A model generated the notes under the pieces. It made no database searches, had not been told where the DNA came from, and saw only the letters and a program-made list of their open reading frames with translations. 32,000 nt of DNA, from NCBI GenBank assembly GCA_021654395.1, contig AP024486.1, forward strand, positions 480,001 to 512,000. The letters are read 5' to 3'. Positions 8,143 through 17,238 of the stretch are shown here, piece by piece. This stretch comes from Candidatus Saccharimonadota bacterium (GTDB taxonomy: Archaea > Micrarchaeota > Micrarchaeia > Micrarchaeales > Micrarchaeaceae). Every line of letters starts with the position of its first letter. Position 1 is the first letter of the stretch. Position numbers and translations under genes: made by a program.

Positions 8143-9864
8143 ATGAACAACATTAGACTAGAAGGGGATAGAAAAGAATCTGTAGAGTTTATAAATGGCA
8201 TCTACTTAGGAATACCAGATAATGAGCTACCAGTAGAAGAGATCGTATTCTCTATAGAAGGAAGATATAATAAAGAGACAGAAGATAAGTTAAGAGAAGG
8301 GCTTGGAATCAAAAGCAAGAGATTTACAGATAAAACTTTACTAGAGCTACTATTTAAATCTGTCGATAAAGCTCTAGAAGATAAGAGGGATCTGATTAAA
8401 GGTAGATCATTAGTAATAAAGGTTGCTACAGAGTCTGGTATTGATTTATCGCAGTCATTATCTAATTTCCTAGCCTACTATATTGAGAATAAGTATGGCA
8501 ATAGGGTTTTATTTGCATCGGAAGAGAAATCTGCATGTGTCTCTGGAGTAAAGTCATTATTAGAGCTAGCAAACTCTTATAAATATAGTAGTATAATAGG
8601 GGTTGTTGCTACAGTAGATAAAGCATTCTACAGTAAAGGCAGTACTGCTGATGCTACCGGTGGCGCAGGTAGCGTAACTCTGCTTCTATCAAGTAATGGT
8701 TCAGAAGATGATATAAAGATATATAGGCTATATGGAAGTAAGACAGAGACATTCTTCGACTTCTATAAGCCAGTACGTAGTGTAAATAACCATAATAAGG
8801 GAATAGCAGAGGTTAATAAGTATCCTATAGTTTATGGCACATTTTCAGAGTATGTGTATCTATTTCTTGCATATAAGGCATTTAGAGACCTTCTAGACAA
8901 GATGCATATAGATGCAGATAATATGGATGAGTTCTTTAAAAGATTCTTAATAGTCCCACATCTGCCATATCCAAATATGTCTGAGAAGATGCTTGCATAT
9001 CTAGTTAGACACTTTGCTAGAGTAGATAAAGATAGGAAGGAGGAGATAAGAAGAAGATTTAATATACCTGAAGAGGATCTAAGGGGCTTCGAATCTCATG
9101 AGGATCTGCTTAGATTCATGCTAAATCTAGGGAATGTCTTAATAGCGGTTAAAGACTCAATAAAGTATTATAGTAATGACTATAAAAGCGTAAAGGCACA
9201 GATTCTGGATCTAACTAAGAGTATAGTAATAAGATATGGTAATAAAGCAGTTTACAATCAAGACTTCTATGAGAAAGAGATTAGAACAAGAGCAGAGAAA
9301 GCGAGCAACTCAGATGAGCTATATGAAGCAGTAGAAAAGATATATAAGGATATAGTGGAGAGCTTCTTTGAAGAGGACAACAAGATAATAAGAAGTATAA
9401 GAAAAAGCGATGGATTCAAAGAGTTAAAAAGGATGCTGCATTTAGAAGATATAAAGTACCTATCATCAATAGTTGGTAATATATATACAGGATCAGTATT
9501 TCTTGGGCTTTCCTCTCTACTTGCTAAGGCCTATGAAAACAACTATACAGAAGAGCTATCTAACAAGAAGATACTACTAATTGGTTATGGCAGTGGAGCA
9601 GAAGCGGTAGTTGGATTAGTAGAGGTGCCTCGTAAGGCAGCAGAGAGGTTTGGATCTTATCTATCTAAGGTGATAAAAGACATTGAGAATAATAAGAGGG
9701 TAATAACTGCTGAAGAGTATAATAGTTACAGAGATGTAAGTGATTCTAATCCTCTAAAGAATTTAATAACCGCTATGTATACTTTAAGAAGAGAAACAGA
9801 TACGCGCGAGCATTCAAATCTAGAAAAAAGTATAGCCAATAATCCTAATAGAAATAGAGGCTAA
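8143..9864 (+). CDS. HMG-CoA synthase-like thiolase-fold condensing enzyme, unusually long (573 aa)
   Basis: HMGS catalytic-motif equivalents occur in order: VATESGIDLSQS (Glu), EEKSACVSGV (Cys), VPHLPYPNM (His), GNIYTGSVFLGLSSLL and GYGSGAEAVV. A helical insert of roughly 130-180 aa lies between the His motif and GNIYTGS. Confidence 0.6.
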   Translation: MNNIRLEGDRKESVEFINGIYLGIPDNELPVEEIVFSIEGRYNKETEDKLREGLGIKSKRFTDKTLLELLFKSVDKALEDKRDLIKGRSLVIKVATESGIDLSQSLSNFLAYYIENKYGNRVLFASEEKSACVSGVKSLLELANSYKYSSIIGVVATVDKAFYSKGSTADATGGAGSVTLLLSSNGSEDDIKIYRLYGSKTETFFDFYKPVRSVNNHNKGIAEVNKYPIVYGTFSEYVYLFLAYKAFRDLLDKMHIDADNMDEFFKRFLIVPHLPYPNMSEKMLAYLVRHFARVDKDRKEEIRRRFNIPEEDLRGFESHEDLLRFMLNLGNVLIAVKDSIKYYSNDYKSVKAQILDLTKSIVIRYGNKAVYNQDFYEKEIRTRAEKASNSDELYEAVEKIYKDIVESFFEEDNKIIRSIRKSDGFKELKRMLHLEDIKYLSSIVGNIYTGSVFLGLSSLLAKAYENNYTEELSNKKILLIGYGSGAEAVVGLVEVPRKAAERFGSYLSKVIKDIENNKRVITAEEYNSYRDVSDSNPLKNLITAMYTLRRETDTREHSNLEKSIANNPNRNRG

Positions 9865-9881
9865 AATGCAAGCTTAACAGA

Positions 9882-10622
9882 CTAATTAATTGAACTTTCT
9901 ATTATCTTACTAGTAAGATATAGCGTAGTAGAGAAGTTATTAAAGCTGCTATTCTGCTCTGTATAGAGATATAGATAAAGCGGTAAGCCATAAGTCTTAG
10001 AGTAGCATTCGTATATCGTATAGTACTCCTTAGTCTCATTATTTATAATCGAAGAGCTATTACTAATATAGCCTTTTCCATATAAGTATTCACATACTTC
10101 ATTATTATAGCTAGTATTCTTTATGTAATAAAGTATTATTTGTTCAGCAGTATCGTTAGGAAACAGACTATCTATATAATTTGTATAATAGTTACTTTCA
10201 TTACATGAATATGAAGCTGATAGATTATAATCTTTGCAGACGTAAAAGTCGCTGCTATTCTTTATATACAAGAATGAAGCATTACCTATAAATGGGTAGT
10301 TATAAAGATTTAGATAGGTCCTCAAAGACTGATTCCTTTTTATTATGCTTAAGCTTATATTTGAGGTTGTATTGCCAAATAAGCTAGATCTAAAGATTAG
10401 ATATCCTGTATAGTTTATCTCAAGATCTTTTATGCTATTTAATCTCTGATATGATAGATTATCTAAGTTTGAAAGCCTTATCTCTGGGTAGGATCCAGTA
10501 GCATTGCTAGATAAGCCCTTATTATAATATATGGCATATAGGACATAAAGAGCTATAATCGATGCAAAGATAATAGAAGATGCGAAGACTATAAATCTTT
10601 TATTAATTTTATTGTTATGCAT
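9882..10622 (-). CDS. N-terminally anchored, sequon-dense, Cys-containing extracellular protein
   Basis: Has an N-terminal TM (FIVFASSIIFASIIALYVLYAIY). I count about 16 N-x-S/T sequons in 246 aa, in an N/Y/S-rich composition. Confidence 0.5.
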   Translation of the reverse strand: MHNNKINKRFIVFASSIIFASIIALYVLYAIYYNKGLSSNATGSYPEIRLSNLDNLSYQRLNSIKDLEINYTGYLIFRSSLFGNTTSNISLSIIKRNQSLRTYLNLYNYPFIGNASFLYIKNSSDFYVCKDYNLSASYSCNESNYYTNYIDSLFPNDTAEQIILYYIKNTSYNNEVCEYLYGKGYISNSSSIINNETKEYYTIYECYSKTYGLPLYLYLYTEQNSSFNNFSTTLYLTSKIIESSIN

Positions 10623-11588
10623 TAATCAATATTTAATCGATCATTAATATATAAAATTAAGTTATTAGCTGCTTACACGCTGTAAGATATAATTATAAAT
10701 AAAAATAAGATTTTACGCTTCCATAAATCTATTTCGGCTTCTTATGGAGAAGTTGTTATAAAGGTTAAACATTCAAGATTATTTTAACCTTGTTAAATCT
10801 ATATGCAAGTATTCTTTCTATTATTTTTATAAGTAAAGTAAGCCATACTTATAAGCATCGATAATTTTAAGTATATATATCTCTTAAGATCTTTTATATC
10901 TTTAAATCTGCATAGAAGCTTATTAATCAGATTATAAACGAATTTGTGGCTATCTCTGCATCTTTACTGTAATAGCAGCTATTTAAGTTTAAATTAGAGT
11001 TATCTCTATCTTTGGTTCTATTAGATCTGTGGTAGTGCAAATGTTAAACCTGCCCTCAGAAACTTTACTCTTGGTAGATATAAGAATATTATAGGATATT
11101 CGTGAGCAAAGTCTAATGATATGTCGTTAGCTCTACGCTACCTTAAGAAGGCATGTTAGTACAAAATAGCCATATCTATTGCTACCAATAATCTACCTTA
11201 CCTAAGGCCGCTTAAACTTCTTATTACATAATTAAGCTATTTAGAAGCTCCCTTTATCATTTACAGTATAATCAGAGTTACCAAATGCTATATCTTCTAT
11301 ATTTGAAAAAGTCTAAGCCTTTGCCGGTAAGTACTTTAGTATATGCTGGCTCTACAAGCGCAAGCTTTTAAATCTGCTTTGCTATTGTATTAGGGTCAGC
11401 CTATATATAAAATTAGATTAACTGCTATATAGTATTTTGCATATAATAGAAACTTGATGGATATAAGCATATACAAATTCGTTATTCGAATTTTAATCTA
11501 TTTAGCTCAAGAGTCTTTGTTATAAATTCTTAAAAGATAAAAGCCGTTAATAAGATCTGGTAACTACGTTTAATCTCTTTTTTATACG

Positions 11589-12148
11589 TCAAATAGATAG
11601 AATTCCATGGATATTTGTATCGTTAAATTTAACCTCTATCTCTCCACGATCTTTATCTTTAACTTTTTCCTTTATTATCTTCCAATTATCTAACTTAGCA
11701 AGATTTTTAGCTTCATTCTCCCTATTGCATGGGAATATAAAGAACAGTATGGATCTTCTGGAGAACTCATTCGCAGCTCTAAGTTTATCTATATCATTTA
11801 TAATATCTTTAAGATTTTTAGTTATTGGTCTGCTAGTATTTTTCAAGAGTTCTGGATTATTATAATTTGTATTTGGGGTCTTTAACTCTATAGCCCATCT
11901 TTTGTCTACAACTATATCTACATGTTTTTATTATTAGTATAATACTCTGGTTGAACTTCGTGTCCTTTTCTTGCTAGTGTCTCACATAGCCCTACTTTTA
12001 GCCAACCTTCAAATTTGGCTTTATTTTTAGCATGAATAGCTACTCCTTCACTACTTTCTATCTTCTTTTTCAACTCTTCAAGAAGCTCAGATATATCCTC
12101 TTTTATGATTCTACATTTAAATTTTTTAAAATAGATCTTTATAATCAT
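11589..12148 (-). pseudogene. Small PD-(D/E)xK nuclease-fold gene interrupted by one frameshift
   Basis: The two track ORFs (11918..12148 and 11589..11846) join if one A is added to the A5 run (plus-strand T5 at 11925-11929). The joined reading is ...ARKGHEVQPEYYTNNK|KHVDIVVDKRWAIELKTPNTNYNNPELLKNTSRP..., containing an E...D(x)n-E-L-K nuclease core. Confidence 0.55.
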
Positions 12149-12186
12149 TATAAGTTAAAAATATTAAAGTTTAGTATAGAATCTTA

Positions 12187-14847
12187 CTATAATCCTTGCT
12201 TCAGCATGCTTAGTAATATTTCATCGCTTTTACAGCTCTTTAACTCTTCTATGAATATATCTGGATCTTTCTTATATTCAAGTAGTTTATTAAGTCTTTC
12301 AATAAAGGTCTTTTCTAGTCTCTCGCTTGGTTTAACTTCGACAAGCTCGCTCTTAAGAGTTCCAGTATTTATCTTACCTGAAAGACCTACGTAAGCTATA
12401 AACATTCTGATCTTTGCTTCATCAATATCTTTTACCTTAGAATAAAGCTTTCTGTAGATAAGTAGCTGCCTTCTATGATCATTCTCATGATCTTTAGATT
12501 TATCTGTTTTATAATCGATAATAGCGTATGAGCCATCACTACATAAGTAAACTGCATCGATACTGCCCTTAAAGGTTAAATCTTCCTTTATACCAAAAAG
12601 CTTTTCAATAGATTCACTTAAATGCTCTTCAGCTGCAAGCTGCTTTGCATTTAACCTATTCTCTATCTCATCTCTAATTGCAATAATATTCTTAAGATAG
12701 TTACGTTCCTCTTCGCTAAGAGAGCTTAAATCTAAAGTGCCTTTGAAAAGCAGTTCCGCCATCTTATGTACTTTGCTGCCTATCTCAAGCTGTTTACTAA
12801 GCTTTGTAATACCTAAGATATTATTCTTCATGAAGCTATATGCATCTTTAGAGTTGTCTACAAGCGAAAATGATATAGAATCAAGCTTCGAGAAGTAGTT
12901 ATATACTATTTCATAGAGCCATGGTTCTTTCTTGTTTATAAGCTTAAGTGCATCTTCATATCTGCCATTTATAAATAGTGCATATGCTTCATCATACCTT
13001 CTTGAGAGTGGCTCTGGTTCAGAGTCTGCAGGTAATTCATCTATATCAGATAGATCTTCAATAGAATATCTATTTAAAAGCTTCTTATCAACTACAATCT
13101 TTAAGCTCTTCTTTGCACGTGTAAATGCTACAAAATCGATCCTAAACTCCTCCTCTTCAAGCTCATCTCTAATGTCGATACCTCTTGTTGCCATGACAAT
13201 TGCATAAACTACTGCATCTATAAAGCTAAATCTCTCTCTGGGCACTTTTGGTACATATATAACATTATCGAACTCTAAGCCTTTTGCTTTATGTGCTGTA
13301 GTAAGTACAAGCTTAGATTGTCTTTCTATAGGTTCATACTCTTCTTCAGTAAGTGCAAGATAATTTAAAAGATCCTCTCTTGTCCCCTTTTCAAATACCT
13401 CAAAGAATTCAGTTATGCTATTTGAGATTGCTAGGGCAGTTACAAAGTAGTCTTTACCTATAGAAGCTGATATTGGTATTATTATATTATTAAAAACATT
13501 CTGTAAATCATTTAAGCTATTTATACTACTCTTTATCTTTAAGAAGTTGGGTGCAAGTCTCTCTAATTCTGTACTATTATCTGCCAACTCTGCAGCCCTC
13601 ATAGCTTCGATAAGTCTAGTACCAGAGAAAGGAGTTGCAAGAGCTGCAAGTACAGAGCTCCAATCATCGTATAGCAAGCCTCTTACAAATCTTATTATCT
13701 CATTCTTTGCATTCTCAGATATTGCATTATTAATAGTACTAGCATAATCAATTCCCTTTGAGTCTAGTATGCGTGAGATCTTAAGCAGCTGGTCATTCGT
13801 TCTAGTTATTATTGCCGTGTTACTGCTATCTTCACGCATCGCAAGCATTACTGCTGCATTTTCAGGCTTCTCAGAATAAACTATACTGACCTCTCCTCCA
13901 TCTATTCCGCTAATAAGCTCTTCGATCTCTTTATAATCTGCCTTATCTTTAACATGCTTTATAAAGTGGGCCTTTGAGTAGTCAAGTATTCTTTGTGCGC
14001 TTCTGTAGTTCTTTCCAAGAGTAAGTATAGCTAATCCACTATTTTCGAATACTCTAAAGTTTCTAGTGCTACCTCCCTGGAATCCGAATATCGCTTGCTT
14101 TCTATCTCCAACAAGAAACAGCTCATCTCCGCTCTTTATTGCTATCTCTGCTTCTAATGTATTGACATCCTGCAGCTCATCAACAAGCACATACTTATAA
14201 TGCCTCTTGCTTTTATCATAGTGCTTTATAAACTTAATAAGCATATCATTATAATCTATAAATCTGTTGCCCTTAAATCTTTCATAATCTTCAAATGCCT
14301 TCTTAAAGTAGTAAAGAAACTTAACGTTCTCCTCTTCGCTTATATTGCTTATCTTCTCTTCATTATATATCTTTCTGACAAGTGCTTCAGCCTTTGCCAT
14401 ATCTATCTCATCTGGAAGTATACCAAAGCTCTTTATATATCTAATTGCATTTTCAATCTTTGGTACTATATCTGATATTATATACTCCTCTGAATAGTAA
14501 AGTGCCTTCTCAGCTTTTAAGCTTTTGTATATAGAGAAGCGTAGAGCGTTGTTGCTTATAACTTCAAGCTCTCCAATATGCTCTTGTAAGTAATCATTCG
14601 CATAGCTGTGGAATGTATGTACTTCGATAGGAGAATCAAGCTTTATTCCACTCTCTTTAAGTTTATCAATTATTCTCTTTCGCATCTCCTGCGCAGCTTT
14701 AGTAGTAAAGGTTATGCACAATATATCCTTTGGTGAAACACCTCTCTTAATAAGCTCAATAACTTTATTTGCAAGCATTGTTGTCTTACCAGTTCCTGGA
14801 TTTGCTATTATAAGAGTACCTTTTTGTTTCGTTTTAAGCTCTTCCAT
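12187..14847 (-). CDS. UvrD/Rep/PcrA-type SF1 helicase fused to a C-terminal RecB/Cas4-like PD-(D/E)xK nuclease domain
   Basis: Helicase motifs are NPGTGKTT, VLVDELQDVN, LVGDRKQAIFGFQGG, GKNYRS, TTAHKAKGLEFDNV and AFTRAKKSL. The C-terminus carries GSIDAVYLCSDGSYAIIDYKTDK...RRQLLIYRKLY. I see no four-Cys cluster. Confidence 0.85.
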   Translation of the reverse strand: MEELKTKQKGTLIIANPGTGKTTMLANKVIELIKRGVSPKDILCITFTTKAAQEMRKRIIDKLKESGIKLDSPIEVHTFHSYANDYLQEHIGELEVISNNALRFSIYKSLKAEKALYYSEEYIISDIVPKIENAIRYIKSFGILPDEIDMAKAEALVRKIYNEEKISNISEEENVKFLYYFKKAFEDYERFKGNRFIDYNDMLIKFIKHYDKSKRHYKYVLVDELQDVNTLEAEIAIKSGDELFLVGDRKQAIFGFQGGSTRNFRVFENSGLAILTLGKNYRSAQRILDYSKAHFIKHVKDKADYKEIEELISGIDGGEVSIVYSEKPENAAVMLAMREDSSNTAIITRTNDQLLKISRILDSKGIDYASTINNAISENAKNEIIRFVRGLLYDDWSSVLAALATPFSGTRLIEAMRAAELADNSTELERLAPNFLKIKSSINSLNDLQNVFNNIIIPISASIGKDYFVTALAISNSITEFFEVFEKGTREDLLNYLALTEEEYEPIERQSKLVLTTAHKAKGLEFDNVIYVPKVPRERFSFIDAVVYAIVMATRGIDIRDELEEEEFRIDFVAFTRAKKSLKIVVDKKLLNRYSIEDLSDIDELPADSEPEPLSRRYDEAYALFINGRYEDALKLINKKEPWLYEIVYNYFSKLDSISFSLVDNSKDAYSFMKNNILGITKLSKQLEIGSKVHKMAELLFKGTLDLSSLSEEERNYLKNIIAIRDEIENRLNAKQLAAEEHLSESIEKLFGIKEDLTFKGSIDAVYLCSDGSYAIIDYKTDKSKDHENDHRRQLLIYRKLYSKVKDIDEAKIRMFIAYVGLSGKINTGTLKSELVEVKPSERLEKTFIERLNKLLEYKKDPDIFIEELKSCKSDEILLSMLKQGL

Positions 14848-15080
14848 TAAACCACTATTAGGTATAAATATTATTGCATCTTATTATTTATAAAAACAAG
14901 TTTTATTTTGTTTATTTTTGAATTATACTTTATAAAAGCACTTACTTTAGCTTTTGTTATTAATGTGCATATCTACGATTCTTAGATCTATGAATCTAAG
15001 ATAATATTAGATATAGCTCAGATATACAATCTAGCAGTTCGAAGATAATACATATAAATACTACTTAGTAATTTAATAGC

Positions 15081-15566
15081 ATGGAGATTAAACAAGTAGG
15101 AAAGAGCGAGGGTTCGAGATTTGACAAGATATCAATGCAACAGCTTAATGGGGTTTTCTACGACTATCTGCTAACCGATCCTTTAGGTAAACAATGGCAT
15201 ATTACTGTATTCGTGTCTAAAGATGCAAGTAGAGCTGTTGTATGGGCTCCAGTAAGCGATGGTACATCTCCAATTTACGAGCAGTTAAAAAGAAAGTCAG
15301 TAGTCTTTAACAAAACAAGAACAGGAAAAGAGTTTTACCATATAATATCTATTACTTACATAGAAGATGGCAGAGTAAAAAGAAAAATGATAGAAGACAT
15401 TGAGCTTTTGCCTAATTCATTAAGACAGTTTAGAATAGCAAGGCACTCTGAAGTCACAGATAAGAGCAAGTTTGCAAATAAATTAGTTGTTTTGGTAGAC
15501 AAAGAAGACACGGCTTCAATGGCTAAGATATTTTATTACGAGAAGCTTGAACCAGTAATTGGATAA
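15081..15566 (+). CDS. Hypothetical protein (161 aa), no family recognised
   Basis: Clean ORF with an ATG start. Its codon style (AAA, ATT) differs from the flanking host genes. I recognise no motifs. Confidence 0.45.
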   Translation: MEIKQVGKSEGSRFDKISMQQLNGVFYDYLLTDPLGKQWHITVFVSKDASRAVVWAPVSDGTSPIYEQLKRKSVVFNKTRTGKEFYHIISITYIEDGRVKRKMIEDIELLPNSLRQFRIARHSEVTDKSKFANKLVVLVDKEDTASMAKIFYYEKLEPVIG

Positions 15567-15839
15567 ACAAAGAAATTGATGAAATTATGATATATAGTTT
15601 ACATTTATGTAATAAAAGGTTATCAAAAAGAACATCTGCAGGAAGTATTAAAAATCTAATGCAAATTAGAAAGCTAAAGCAAAGATAAAGTAGCGAAAAG
15701 CTATCAATCAGAAAGAAGCTAGTAGAAAGGTCATTACAAAATAGATACAAAATATAGTAATCGGAAAAAAGAATAAATTTAATTAATAAAAGATCAATTC
15801 TACAAAAAGAGGGTCTTGAATTGAAGATAAAATTATATA

Positions 15840-16124
15840 TTGACTAAAAGGGAGATTGGATGCGGTCATCCATATTGGGAACCAAGATTTATAAATAATG
15901 CAAATATAAAAAATTGGAAGAGAATACTATTAGATTCTAACTATCAATCTGAAGCAGAAATCAAATTGCTCAAAAGATATGCAGAAAGAATAGGACTTTT
16001 CCTGCATGGCTACTGGTCTGTTGACTTTTGCCAAACACAAGATGGAAGATGGTATTTCATTGATGCTGCTCCTGGAGATATAAGTTGGCATCCGTATTTA
16101 TACTTACACAAAGAGAAGAGATGA
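15840..16124 (+). pseudogene. C-terminal remnant of an ATP-grasp-like gene
   Basis: Only 94 codons are open, bounded upstream by an in-frame TAA at 15828-15830. The tail (HGYWSVDFCQTQDGRWYFIDAAPGDISWHP) resembles the C-terminal strand motif of phage/bacterial ATP-grasp proteins. Its stop overlaps the next gene's ATG (ATGA at 16121-16124). Confidence 0.35.
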
Positions 16125-16959
16125 TAAAAATGACTTATAAAGTTTCATTTAGCAACTCCTCGATAAAAGAGGCTAATGTAGTGCTTTTCGGAGTACCAGA
16201 TCAAAGCGGATGTAAATATGCTAAAAGACAGGGAACGAAGTATGGACCAAATGCTTTCAGGAAAGCAACATATTTAATTGATTTAAATGATCCTTATGCA
16301 AAGAATAAGAAATTAAAAATAGCAGATTATAAAAACATTAGAAAAGATATGGTTGAAGATACAGTAAGAAAATTCATTTCACAAAATAAATTACCAGTAA
16401 TTATAGGTGGTGATCATTCTATAACTTATCATTCAATAAAGGGTATCTCTAAAGAAGTAGATGAACTTTCTATTATTTATCTAGGCGCACACTATGATAC
16501 TGTTAAATCAATTAAAAATTACCATGGCTCTGTATTATATGAAATTTCGAAATTAAAAATGTAGATCTGGCAAGAAGTGTAATAATTGGTGGAAGATCAT
16601 TAACTGAAGAAGAAATAGCTACGGCAGAAGAACTAGATATTAAAAGATTTGACATAGACTTTATACTTATAACGGGTATCACATATACTATAAAAGAGGT
16701 AAGTAAAATTTTGTCAAGAAATGTTTATTTATCCATAGATCTAGATGTTATCGATCCTGCCTTTGCACCAGGAGTTACTACACCTGTGCCTGGAGGATTA
16801 TCTGCAAGAGAAAAGATATACATAACTAAAACATTATCGAGTTTTGTAAATATTGGGGTAGATATTATGGAATTAAATCCAAGATACGATCTTAATAATA
16901 TCACCGCAATGCTAGCTGTTAAACTGATATATTATGCGTTAGGAAATTTGAGGATTTAG
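16121..16959 (+). pseudogene. Arginase/agmatinase-family ureohydrolase with one frameshift and a substituted metal ligand
   Basis: Family motifs are GGDHSITYH, LGAHYDT (normally DAHxD) and SIDLDVIDPAFAPGVTTPVPGGLS. The reading frame breaks at the A5 run 16555-16559. Adding one A gives ...EISKLKNVDLARSVIIGGRSLTEEE... and joins the 16085..16564 and 16711..16959 ORFs. Confidence 0.7.
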
Positions 16960-17238
16960 TGGTTTATATTAAGTTTTATATATAATAAAATGTCCTTAGC
17001 GTATTCTTATCGAATAAGCATTACTAGAGAAGATAAATAAGCTCTGAGAGGGCACGCCTTCGCATAAGCCAACGCCTAATGGATATACAAAGCAATACAA
17101 TTAATAACTACACGAAGCCAGCTGGTTACTTGCTCTAACCTGCGGTTCGGCCCAAAAGATACCAAAAAATACTTAAACTCTAATCTATATAATATTATTA
17201 GAAAGTGTATATATACAACTACTTAAGGATTGAGTTAA

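Noticed and set aside
11046-11060. ctgccctcagaaac, whose complement contains ctgaggg, as a possible fourth tRNA-Thr-like att fragment marking the far island border
   Set aside because: Only a 7-nt core matches, the orientation is opposite to the other three copies, and no flanking similarity exists.
10623-11588. CRISPR array or rRNA/SRP/RNase P-type structured RNA in the ORF-free kilobase
   Set aside because: I see no regularly spaced repeats, no GC-rich helices and no conserved motifs characteristic of those RNAs. It is kept only as an unexplained region in the findings.
12932-14475. Three plus-strand ORFs (12932-13207, 13547-13747, 14200-14475) inside the helicase gene
   Set aside because: They lie antisense to a well-supported 886-aa helicase. 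Their S/L/I-rich low-complexity translations are typical of reverse-complemented codon bias.
14980-15001. 8-bp perfect inverted repeat tcttagat-N6-atctaaga about 80 bp upstream of the 161-aa gene (possible operator)
   Set aside because: Short AT-rich palindromes are expected by chance at this composition. There is no second copy and no adjacent regulator gene.
15523-15750. 75-aa minus-strand ORF in the gap after the 161-aa gene
   Set aside because: Its translation (F/L/I/S/C) is hydrophobic low-complexity sequence produced by the pyrimidine-rich complement of a purine-rich stretch. There is no start context or motifs.
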